From NCBI GenBank assembly GCA_010909165.1, contig MU008220.1, positions 1-64,000 on the forward strand: 64,000 nt of DNA, in the 5' to 3' direction. Source of the DNA: Anthoceros angustus (taxonomy: Eukaryota; Plantae; Anthocerotophyta). Each line of letters opens with the position of its first letter. Position 1 is the first letter of the stretch. Below, piece after piece: positions 34,385-45,600 of this stretch. Under the pieces are notes generated by a model. It saw only the letters and a program-made list of their open reading frames with translations. It was not told where the DNA came from and made no database searches. The position numbers were made by a program, and so were the translations under genes.

Positions 34385-35872
34385 TGAAGGGCAAGAGAGG
34401 CCCAAAGCGGAAGAGGGTTCACGATATCTGTCACGAAATGCTTCCCTCACATCTGCTCCCCTTTGGTAAGCACGCTAGTTTGTAGTTCCTGTTATGGTTT
34501 TATTGTAAGAGCGGAATGGTGGCCGTGTGTGTCATCCCCGTTTCAGGCCTTGCTGTTTCAGGCCTGAAACAGCCATGATAACAGCCACGTTCACAGCCAT
34601 CAAGCCTGTTAACGTTGTCATTTGTGCTAGGCCTATTTGAAGACTGAATTAGGCCTAATTAAACTTTAACTTTGCTGGTGTCATAATACTAATCTTGCTG
34701 CAACTCCTTGTGTTTTTCAGGGTTTATATACCAAGAGAGTCCCTCATTCATACCGATGAAGGACAGAGTCCATTTTGCGGTCCGGTACATATGCAATCCA
34801 CTCATATATCCCTTTTGGAAACAGACAGACGCCACCCAGCTTCATGTTGCGACATGTATCAGGCAAACTATGACTGGGCCATGGGAGTTTTAGCCTATTG
34901 TCTTGCAGTTTTTTAGCACTAATTTGAAGTATTGGAGGAACAATGTTAGAAAGGAGGCCCGTTATTTTTTGCAGGGGAAAAAGTCTAGCCCCGATATGTC
35001 CCGAAAGGTGTGAAGCAAGAGTATTGGGATGTATTTTTGAAGGAGGAGTAAGACAAGATAAGCGGAGTTGTGGCCCCTAGTCAGCAAAAACTGGCTGCCA
35101 TGAGCAGGATGAAGGAGGTAGGAAGCAATACATATTCTTGCTTTGGGTATGGTGGTCAAAAGGGGTTTCTAGAGAGGTTTAGAGCAAAGTACACTAGGGA
35201 ACCAAGCCTGGATGAGATGAAGGCTGTAGGAAGCAATCATGGGTCTTGGCTTTCGAAGCTGAGAGTGTTTTGGAGGAGTCCACGGACAGCAGTTGGGTCC
35301 ATGAGTTGGTGCAAATGGGGAGAAGGAGAAGGCTATTGTGGTGTGGGACATGTTGAAGGAGGCAGGATATCTAACTGATGAATGCGGCGGGAAGATCATG
35401 GAAGCCATCATGAAGCTAAATGTTGCTGATGATGGGTGGATGGTGAGGGATTATCTTCCCCGCAAATTGGCAAAGGATGCTGAAGCTGCTGAGGATGCAT
35501 AAGCCTGCTTCAGGTGAGAGTCTTGGTTCTTGTTACGAGACAACCTCTACTTGTCTATGCTTGTTCTGAATTTGCTAATGGCCTCCTTTTTTTGCAGTTG
35601 GATTATTCTTGGGGCTATGCCTTAGAGATGCGCAACTGGTGGAGATGACAGGAAGTGCACCTTGTGGAATGTAGGGATGAGCTAAAGACTAGAATGTAGA
35701 ATGGTGGCATGATCTGGTCTGGATAGTAGATTCAAGCCATTTTATATGAACATACTCCCAAACACCCTAAACCCTAAGCTAGTTTTACTACAGATATTTT
35801 ACTATTGCCCTTTTTCCAGTTTAAAGCGCCTGGAAACCCTTGTAGTATTTACTATAAGGGTTTTCCCGCAGA

Positions 35873-36058
35873 GCTTTTACTACAGGTATTTTACTACAGG
35901 TATTTTACTATAGGTATTTTACGATAAGTATTTTACTACAGGTATTTTATTATAGGTATTTTACTATAGGTATTTTACTACAGGTATTTTATTACAGGCA
36001 TTTTACTATAGGTATTTTACTACAGGTATTTTATTACATGCATTTTACTACATGCGTT
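35873..36058. repeat. CACTA subterminal array of ~14-bp TTTTACTACAGGTA units (about 13 copies)
   Basis: Directly visible, about 370 bp inside the right TIR. Confidence 0.88.
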
Positions 36059-36436
36059 TTAAAAGAGACCACAGTTAACAAACCATAGGTTTATTAATAC
36101 CAGTTAATAAATCACCGGTTAATTAACACTAGTTAACAAACCTTAGTTTATTAACCGGTGATTTAGGGTTTACACGTTTTTACATCTATAGTAAAAAATT
36201 ATGGTTAATTTATGTAGTAAAGTAAACTATAGGTCCGTACTAACCTTATATATAAATAGAATACTCTGTATACATACCATATTAAACTATAGTATATAAC
36301 CCAGTATACGATATGAGGACATTACCACGGAAATCAATGCTTTGTGTTTACTACAGGTGTTTAACTACTGTAGTAGTAACCCTATAGTAAAGTCCGTTAT
36401 AAAGTCCGTGTTAAAGGGCACGGTTTCCTAGTAGTG

Positions 36437-37366
36437 TATGTATACAAGTACCATAGCTTGCCCATGCAAATTGTGAGTGACAAGGATCCAAGGTTCATAA
36501 GAGAATTTTGGCAGCATTTAATGAAAAGCTTGAATGTGGAATTATGTATGACCACAACTTACCATCCAGATACTGATGGCTCAACTGAGCGAGTCAACCA
36601 AATCCAAGAAGAATACTTAAGACATTATGTGCAGATTGATCAGAGGGATTGGGCTGATCATTTACACGATGCATAATTTTGTTATAACAACACTGCACAC
36701 AGCTAGCTCTCTAGGATGTAGTTCTTTTGAGATGGGAGGAAATTCAGCACTGGACGTGGTATCCATGCTAAATGCTGAAGTTTTCGACACTACCACTAGA
36801 GATCCACGCCACTTCATTGAGCAGTTGACAGCTAGGCATGAGATTGCCTAAGGAATTTTAGCCGAGGCTCAAGCACGTCAGAAGAAATATGCTTATGGGC
36901 ACAGGAGAGAAATTGTCTTCAACATTGGGGATAAAGCATGGGTGAAATTGAAGCATTTCCCATTACCTCATGGATCAACTCTTAAGTTAAGGCCAAGATA
37001 TGGTGGTCCATTTGTAATCTTGAAGCGCATTGGAGAAGTGGCTTACAAGTTACAATTGCCTGGATCGATTTTTGCACACAATGTATTCCATGTATCACTA
37101 CTGAAACCATTTGTGCCAACTGAAACCATTTGTGCCAGGCAAAGAGAAAGAGGACATGGATAAGAAGAAGTACAGTATTCTCGTGCAGCATAATCAAGGA
37201 CTGCGGGAAATTGAGGAATTCCTTGCAAAGGGTAGCATGCCTACGAAACATGGAATCATACCACAATATATGATAAAGTTGCGTGGGATCTCCGATCCAG
37301 TTTGGGTAATGGTAGATGATATTCAAAAAGGATCCTGGACGATCACTCCATACGTTGGCTATCAAT
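36437..37366 (+). mobile_element. Ty3/gypsy integrase core/C-terminus and degenerate chromodomain (3' part of the split chromovirus)
   Basis: LPMQIVSDKDPRF..EFW, TTTYHPDTDGSTERVNQ, KLRPRYGGPF.ILKRIGEVAYKLQLP...HNVFHVSLLKPF, then IEEFL...QYMIKLRG..DPVWV. Confidence 0.9.
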
Positions 37367-37387
37367 GAGGACAATGACTCTTTTCCC

Positions 37388-38003
37388 AATGGGGGAGAAA
37401 GTAAGAAGCTTTGCATCAGAGGCATGCAGCCCTGGGTCTAGTTTAATAAGTTGTAAGTAGTGGTAGTAAGGCTTAGCTTAGGGCTTAAGGAAGATAGTTG
37501 TTTTACGCACTTACTTTTGGAATGATGTAAGCCTCCCTATAAAAGGAAATGAGGCTAGCCCTAAAGAGGATCATCCTATGATCCTAGCATTTGGAGCCAC
37601 ACTTGTGAGGATAGGACTAGGGTGCCTACAGGCTTTGGGAGCCTAGAGTGTGAGCATGTCTAGGAGGATCCTAGCACTTAGGCCTACATTCTTGTGAGGA
37701 TAGGACTGAGGTGCCTACAGGCTCTGGGAGCCTAGAGTGTGAGTGTGCTAGAGGAGAGCTGTTGAGGAGGAGATCGAGGGGAGAGAGCTAAGATCCTGGC
37801 TTAGGCAAAGATGGGAAGCTCTCTTTGATCTCTCATGTATTCTTGTAGACTCTTGCTGGAATAAAGAGCAGGAGCAGACGTGCTGACTGCAAGACATCTC
37901 GTGGAAGGATAGTGGGCTACTTGGAGGCGTAGGGCTGGTGTCTGGTGATGTTATTGCCGCTAACTGCGTGACTGCCTCACCTTGTTGGAAAGGGGGTGTT
38001 ACT
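37388..38003 (+). mobile_element. PPT and probable 3' LTR of the chromovirus
   Basis: Purine tract ATGGGGGAGAAA right after the pol stop, TATAAAAGG near 37540, internal repeats, AATAAA near 37860 and GGGGGTGTTAC near 38000. Termini are mutated. Confidence 0.6.
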
Positions 38004-38699
38004 ATAAGGGTACTTGATAAGTTTTTGTAGCTGGCTTAGTACCTCCTTAGTCTATTTCTCCACGTTTGTCTCCTCCTCATGCTCCCCAATTGTTTTCTCT
38101 TAAAAATCAAACGGAAGCAGTTCTACAACTCCTTCCGCCCTTGATGCTTTCTTCCTCCTCCGAGGACGACAAAAATTCTAGCCGTTTGCAAGTCTGAGCT
38201 TGTTGCCGCCCTTCCTTCAATTTGCTTTTTCCTCCCTGGTCTATGCCTCTGTTATCCCAATTTTTCTCGGCTTGCTTGCTCTCCTTATCTAGTTGCACTT
38301 CCTCCTTTGTGTCTTTCTCAGTCTGCTTGACCTCTTGCTCTGGTCGCGCTTCCTCTTCCATGTCCCTCTCGGTTTGTTGATCTTCTTGGCCGGTCACAAT
38401 TCCTCCTCGGTGTTCAAGCCTGCCCCAACCTTTTCTTCCTCCTTGTCCGTGTGCAGTTTCACCGTATGCCCCAGACTGCCGCTTTTTGCATGCTCCAAGA
38501 GCTGTGAGCCTTTGCCTAGCTCACTAGTGGCAGCATGTGTCTTTGCTCCTTGGTCCGTACGCTTCCCTTGACTTACTAACTCCTGGTTGCTGCTCACCAC
38601 TTGCCCTCTTGGTTCTGGATCACTGTGAACTTTGCCCCATGCTCTATTGGGAAATGGAAGCCTATCATCTTACAGAAAGAAGAGCATAGGCGCAAGCAC

Positions 38700-38990
38700 A
38701 AAGGATATGCTTATGAATATGAAAGCCACGGCTCCATACTTGGCTGTCCATGTAGACGAGGTGGAAAATGATTTAACTCAAGAAAAAGATTCTTGATAAT
38801 GGTTACGTCAGTCCATCGATGAAGGTCGGTGGCCTGACATGACCCCCCAACACCGGGCTATAGTAGAAGGCCCTCCCTTGAAAACTGAGGAGTATCGTGG
38901 ACTCAAGGCATATGACTACCACTATCGTACAGAGGCTGCAAACAAGCATAGAAAAGTCACGCAAGGTACTGGTGTTAGGGGGTTTGGATT
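38700..38990 (+). mobile_element. CACTA TnpD-associated (DUF4216/DUF4218-region-like) fragment
   Basis: HRAIVEGP..TEEYRGLKAYDYHYRTEAANKHRKVTQGTGV resembles the LARGP...YxGYxINGYRFHT...TQNSGV segment of En/Spm transposases. Confidence 0.5.
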
Positions 38991-39060
38991 GTCGGGGATA
39001 ATAAGTAGGCATGGCCATTTTATGGTCACATCCAATAAATCATCAGCATGAAATGTGGGG

Positions 39061-42000
39061 ATGTGGAACGCCGAATTTTGGGTCCACGGTTAGAAGAGAG
39101 GCGGATGCCTCCTAGTTTTGTTCATATTAGTTAGGTTTCTTTTTTCTTTTTTTCTCTTTTTCTCATCAACATCAGAAGACAAGAAGGAGTTGCGAGTGGA
39201 GAAGCAAGTGACAGATTCGCAACTCCTAATCGGACGGGACAATGGAGGAAAAGGACCCAAAACGGGTCCAACGGTTAGAAAGGACGGAGGTCCGGACGGG
39301 AAATTTGGACAGGAGGGTTGGAAGAACTTACGCGCGAGAGGTAGGTTCGCGGAAGGCCGAACCTGCAGAAGGAGGGTTGGTGCCAGGCCCAGTGGCGGCG
39401 CAGTCACTTCCCGCCTGGGTCAACATGCAGCAGAGTAAGGCTCTTACTCCAGCTGGAAGACGCGAGAGGTAGGTTCGAAGGCCGAACTGCAGAAGGGAGG
39501 TTGGTGCTGGCCTAGTGGCGGCGGCCAGTCACTTCCGTCAGTCGATTCATGCAGTGAGTAAGGCTCTTACTCCGAAGGCGAGGGTCTTCGCGAGTTGCAG
39601 TCAGGCGCGCAATCTCCAGACAGGCGCGCGAGGTTGGAGGTGGTGAGCGAGCGGACGGTCAGGCTCGCGAGGAGAAGGAGAGGCACAACAACACCAAGGA
39701 GGGGGTGCATGCATGCATATAGCGAGAAAAAGACCTTGGCGCCGGAGGAGGAAATCAGCGCCTCGGCCTTCTGAGGTTCGAAAGACGAATCAAGGCGGTT
39801 AGGGGCTGCGACGTGGCGGCGGACTGACCCTTGTGCATGTCTGCTAATTTTTCTTCCTTGGACTTTGGCAATTGGCGAACATCGGAAAATTTCTTCCTGG
39901 GCCTTCGGTGGTTGAGGAATTCCTAACGTTTGTTGAAGGAGGAAAGGCCCTTGGCCTTCTGGAAATTTTGTCCTGTGGATGGAATTTTCGTCCTTGGCCT
40001 TCTGGGTGTGGAAAATTCCTTCTCACCCTATATATGTGAGTGGCCGGGGAGTGATTAGCTCATTTCAATTGGTCGAGGACCGGAGGACTGAGGATGAGGC
40101 AGGCTTGGAGGATGCACTCAAGAAATACTTAGAAGAATTTTAAGGAGAAGTCGACCGCATAGGAAGGATTTTTGAGAAGATCGACCGGTAGTGGTTGAAG
40201 ATGAAGACGCAAGCCCCGGAGGAGTGCGCAAGGCGCCCAGCAAGAAGGAGGAGCGAACTCACAAGAAGGAGAAGAAGAAAGAGAAAGCGGAGGAGAAGCC
40301 CGAGAAGGATCGGAGAAGGAGGGGCCGGATTTTTGTAGCAGCAAGTCTCCTCCAGAGACTTATGGGATTTTCGATAAGGACAAAACGCAAAGTGGGTTTA
40401 CGATAGGCATTGGGCCTATTCTAATGTGGAATTGGTTGAGTCTTGCTATGCAGGAACCGACGGAGGAGAAACAGAGACTGAGGAGAGGAACGCGTGACAG
40501 ATCCAAGGGATGGACTGCCCAAAGACATTCGTAAGGTATATGGGAGGCCGAAACCGAGAGTGATGGTGTGGCTCCGAGAGGAATGAAGATGGAAAAGAGA
40601 GGGTGGTCGACCTTCCCGAGGAAGCTCTCAAAGATGCTCATCGGAGGGATAGACGCCAAGACGCGAATGGCTGGAGGATGATAAGATTGCCGACCTCAAG
40701 TGGAAGCTTTTACAAGGATAGTTTTCTGTCACAACCACCTACTTCAAGAAGGCATTCTTTCATTTCATGTGGAAGTCAAGCAAGGAGCTCACCGACTGGG
40801 GACAACCATGTCAAGGGCCTATGAGCATCACCGAGACAAGTCCGAGGCCAAACATTGTGGACAATGAGGGGCGAGGCATAGCCATTTGAGTACTTACCTT
40901 GTGCAGATGGGGGCACATGGGTTATCGACTAAGAAGAGCCGGAGGAGTCTTACCACTGCTTGAAGTGGTCCTCCGAGGGATGACAGGGTCCCTCCCAAGA
41001 AGGTGAAGAAGGCAGAGGAGGAACCCAAGGTGGAGCAAGGAGTGCTTCACCTCGTGGTGATCTTGGATGATGAGACCACCCCTGCCCCGACGCCAAGGAA
41101 GGAGAAGTGCCTGCCCTGTGGGGAGACAAGGCACAAGAGGAAGAGGTGGCCACCATGTGTGCTGTGAGGCAACCCCATGGAGTGGTGGTGGAACTAACCC
41201 ACCCCTGTGAGATGACCGAGTCACAGGAGTTCCACCCAACATCGACAGAGTGGAGAGACCGCCACCAAGAGAAAGGCCCTTGGCCTTCGGGTAGGGGAAA
41301 TTTTTGTCCTTGGCCTTCGGATAGTGGAATTTTCGTCCTTGGCCTTCGGGGTGTGGAAAATTCCTTCTCACCCTATATATGTGAGTGGCCGGGGAGTGAT
41401 TAGCTCATTTCAATTGGTCAAGAGGACTGGAGGACGGAGCGACGGAGGCAGTCTGTCGGAGGACAGACCTGAAGAAATACTTAGAAGAATTTTAAGGAGA
41501 AGTCGACCGTATACAGGAAGGATTTTTGAGAAGATCACCGTCCAGATGGTTGAAGATGAAGACGCAAGCCCCGGAGGAGTGCGCAAGGCGCCCAGCAAGA
41601 AGGAGGAGCGTCACAAGAAGAGAAGAAGGAGAAAGCGGAAGGAGAAGCCCGAGAAGGAGAAGCCCGAGAAGGAGGGGCCAGATTTTTATAGCCAGTTGCA
41701 AGCCTCTGTGAGACTTATGGGATTTTCGACAAGGCTCAAAAAACGGGTTTTTATAGGCATTGGGCCTATTCTAATGTGGAATTGGTTGAGTCTTGCTACA
41801 GCAGCCGAATCGACGGAGGAGAAACAGAGACTGGAGGAGAGGAACGCGGATGATCCAAGGGATGGATTCCAAAGACATTCGTAAGGTGTATATGGGAGGC
41901 CGAAGAGAGTGATGGTGTGGCTCCCACCGAGAGGAATGAGGATGGAAAAGAGCAGGGTGGTCGACCTTCCCGAGGAAGCTCTCAAAGATGCTCATCGGAG

Positions 42001-45000
42001 GGATAGACGCCAAGACGCGAATGGCCGGAGGATGATAAGATTGCCGACCTCAAGTGGAAGCTTTTACAAGGATAGTTTTGGTTTGACTCACGCCGAACCA
42101 CCTACTTCAGCATTCTTTCATGTGGAAGTCAAGCAAGGAGCTCACCGACCGGGGACAACCATGTCGCGGCCTATGAGCATCACCGAGACAAGTCGAGGCC
42201 AAACATTGTGGACAATGAGGGGCGAGGCATAGCCATTTGAGTACTTACCTTGTGCAATGGGGGCATCGACTAAGAAGAGCCGGAGGAGTCTTACCAGCGC
42301 TTGAAGTGGTCCCTCCGAGGGACTAAGACAGGGTCCCTCTCCTAAGAAGGTGAAGAAGGCAGAGGAGGAACCCAAGGTGGAGCAAGGAGTGCTTCACCTC
42401 GTGTGGTGATCTTGGATGATGAGACCACCCCTGCCCCGACGCCAAGGAAGGAGAAGTATCACGTCCGTGGGGAGACAAGGGCACAAGAGGAAGAGGTGGC
42501 GCCACCATGTGTGAGGCAACCCCATGGAGGTGGTGGAACTAACCCACCCCAGGAGATGACCGAGTCACAGGAGTTCCACCCAACATCGACAGTCAGGAGT
42601 GGAGAGACTGCTCACCAAGAGAAAGGCAGTCGGAGTCAACCCCAGGAGGGGAATGAGAAGACAAAGGCTTTGAAGGATCTGCTGACCATCTGTCAGCTAA
42701 TTGACACTCCATTAGTGAAGCAGGCCTTACAGGAAGTAGAGGAGTTGGAGGTGAGAGCCGTGATACCAAGCGATTGCCCCACCGTGGGGAGAAGGATAGC
42801 AAGGCTATCAAGGAGATGGCGCAAGGCGCCTAGTTGACCCGGGAGAGAAGGTTGGGGCTCAAGATTGAAGAACAAAGGTGAGACAAGAAAGTAGGGAGCA
42901 AATGAAGGAAGTGGCTACCTCAACCGTAAAATTGAGGAGACTGTCCGATGTGGGAAGGAGTGGCAAGAAGAACTCTCACTCTTCAGCCGAGAAGGAGAAT
43001 GGGGACGTGAAGACTGCCCAGTGAGGCCGAGGCCGCCAAGCCAAGAATGAAGGACTAGAGGCCAAGCTCAAGGAGCTGGAGGAAGGACAGGCCACATGGA
43101 GCAAGGAGCGTGAGGAGCTCCTGAAGCAAGCAACGGAGGCCGACCAACGGTGGAAGGAAGAGGTAGCCCACCGAGGAAAATGATGCATCGCATGTTGGTC
43201 GTCAGAAGCAACGCCCAGCCGATTATGCATGGCAAGAAGAATTTCTCTTCAGCCGAGAAGGAGAATGGGGACGTTGAAGACCGCCCGTGGAGGCCGAGGC
43301 CGCCAAGCCAAGAATGAAGGACTGGAGGCCAAGCTCAAGGAGCTGGAGGAAGGACAGGCCACATGGAGCAAGGAGCGTGAGGAGCTGACAAAGCAAGCAA
43401 CGGAGGCTGACCAACGGTGGAAGGAAGAGGTAGCCCACCGGAGGAAAATGATGCATCGCATGTTGGTCGTCAGGAAGCAACGCTTCCAGGCTGATTATGC
43501 ATGGCAGCAAGGGATACTGGAGGCATGGAAGAGAGATGCCGAGAATGTCACTTACAGCCTGCTTGAGTGAGGTGACGCTGAGAGGGATGCTATGGTAAGA
43601 TAGCCTCGTGGAGAGTGGCCCGAGGAATTTGATGAGATTTGTTTGAAGGGCCGAGATGGTGTCCACTTACATGCTAGGGTCAACAAGTTCGCCAAGGAGA
43701 TGCGCTCCTTGACAAGGAAGTTGTTGGGTCCCCACGATGACGAGTGGAGATTTTGAGGAATGCACTCGCCTCGGAGATTCTGGACTTGGAGAGTGAAATG
43801 GATGCGTAAGGCTCATGTGGGGAGGAGCCAATGGAAGAGGAAGAGATTTCCAGTGGGGTTGGTGGGGTGTCCGGGGTGACAGAGCACCAACACCCAACCG
43901 CCTGAGGTAATTGCGCGCGGCACAGAGATGGCTACAGAGGCGGTGCCTCTACAAGAGCGCCTGCAAGAGGGGCCCCACCATCAACGACGATCGAGACAGT
44001 GTGGAGGTTCCCCGCTGACGACGAGTGAAGAGATCCTGGATGCCCCAACAAAGAGGAGGAAGATGGTGGTTGGGCGCCGCCATGCCAACGCCAAGAAGAA
44101 GTAGGCGATAGTTGGTAGGGGAGTGAATGGGTCATTAAGACCCCTAGGGGTTAGTGGGATTGTTAGGAGGTAGGTTAAGAACCTTTAAGAGGCCACCTAC
44201 TTAAAACCGTAAGCAACCCCACCTACCCCACCGACTTAATTAATGCTAGGGGTTTGGGGAGCTCCTATAAGAGGGGAGGAGCTCCCATAATAAAATGTCA
44301 TGCCTTGCTCTCCGACTGTGTGTGCTTGTTTTGCTACACAAGCGCAAGTGCCGACCGACCGTGGAGGGTGCATGGTGTCCGTAGGGTCTTGAGGTGCGGT
44401 GACTGCAAGGGCGGGCCCAAACCTTTCTTTCCGAGGTAGCGGTGGAAGGAAGAGGTAGCCGGAGAAAATGATGCATCGTCGCATGTTGGTCGTCAGAAGC
44501 AACGCTTCGGTGATTATGCATGGCGCAAGGGATCTTGGAGGCATGGAAGAGATGCAGCCGAATGTCACTTTGACGTTTGAGTGAGGTGACACTTGAGAGG
44601 GATGCTTTGCAGTAAGTTAGCCTTATAGTGGCACGAGGAATTTGATGAGATTTGTTTGAAGGGCCGTGAGATGCAGTCCACTTACATGCTAGGGTCAACA
44701 AGTTCGCCAAGGAGATGCGTTCCTTGTTGACAAGGAAGTTGTTGGGTCCCCACGATGTGACGGGGATTTTGGAATTGCGACCCTCGACGGAGATTCGGGA
44801 CTTGGAGGAAAATGGATGCGAAGGCTCGTGAGGAGCCAATGGAAGAGGAGGAGATTTCCAGCGGGCGGGGTGGGGTCGGGTGTCTGGCGGGGCAGGGCTG
44901 CACCACAACCGCCTGAGGTAATTGCAGTGCGGCGAGATGGCTGGAGAGGCGGTGCCTCAAGGCGCCACAAGAGGGGGCGTTCGGCTCATCAGCATCAGCG

Positions 45001-45600
45001 AGGCAGTGTGGAGGTTCTGTGCTGACGACGAGTGAAGAGATCCGGGACGAACGGTCCCCAACAAAGAGGAGGAAGGCGGTGGTTGGGCATGCCAACGCCA
45101 AGAAGAAGTAGGCGATAGTTGGTAGGGGAGTGAATGGGTCATTAAGACCCCTAGGGGTTAGTGGGATTGTTAGGAGGTAGGTTAAGAACCTTGTAAGAGG
45201 CCACCTACTTAAAACCGTAAGCAACCCCACCTACCCCACCGACTTAATTAATGCTAGGGGTTTGGGGAGCTCCTATAAGAGGAGGAGCTCCCATAATAAA
45301 ATGTCATGCCTTGCTCTCCGACATGTGTGCTTGTTTTGCTACACAAGCGTGTCTTAAGCCGTGTGAGGGTGCATGGTGTGGTAGGTCTTGAGGTGCGGTG
45401 ACTGTGGTAAGGGCGGGCCCAAACCTTTCTTCTCGAGGTAGCGGTGGGGTGGCGTTGGTGGTGGAAAACCCGGGCACCCCGAGATTCTCCCACTATAGCG
45501 CCACACTTATCCCAATCGCCGCTCAGACGCTGGGTTTCATTCCCATGAGACTTGTGTGAAAGTTCGAGGCCTTGCGATGACCGATCGCCACCGCAGAGAC
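39061..45600 (+). mobile_element. Putative TE-associated module X: basic/conserved-domain ORF and coiled-coil ORF (+), followed by a convergent ORF (-); frameshifted and internally duplicated
   Basis: LTR-like start TGTGGAACGCCGAATTTTGGG and TATA-like CCTATATATG (40027, 41372). ORFs MVEDEDASPGGVRKAPSKK..., HLSTYLVQ and EAKLKELEEGQATWSKEREEL. Tandem duplications with periods of about 1.35 kb, 0.27 kb and 1.0 kb. No gag/RT/IN seen. Confidence 0.5.

Larger units (their letters stand above)
33155..36436 (+). mobile_element. CACTA (En/Spm) element, left end missing, carrying a spliced TnpA-like ORF remnant
   Basis: Right terminus TTTCCTAGTAGTG at 36424-36436 is the reverse complement of CACTACTAGGAAA. 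A subterminal 14-bp array is present. The ORF text CPKGVKQEYWDVFLKEE...FGYGGQKGFLERFRAKYTREPS resembles the Ptta/En/Spm (PF03004-type) domain. Left boundary approximate. Confidence 0.75.

Noticed and set aside
35762-35777. CCCTAAACCCTAA as interstitial telomere
   Set aside because: Fewer than two full units, inside CACTA subterminal sequence.
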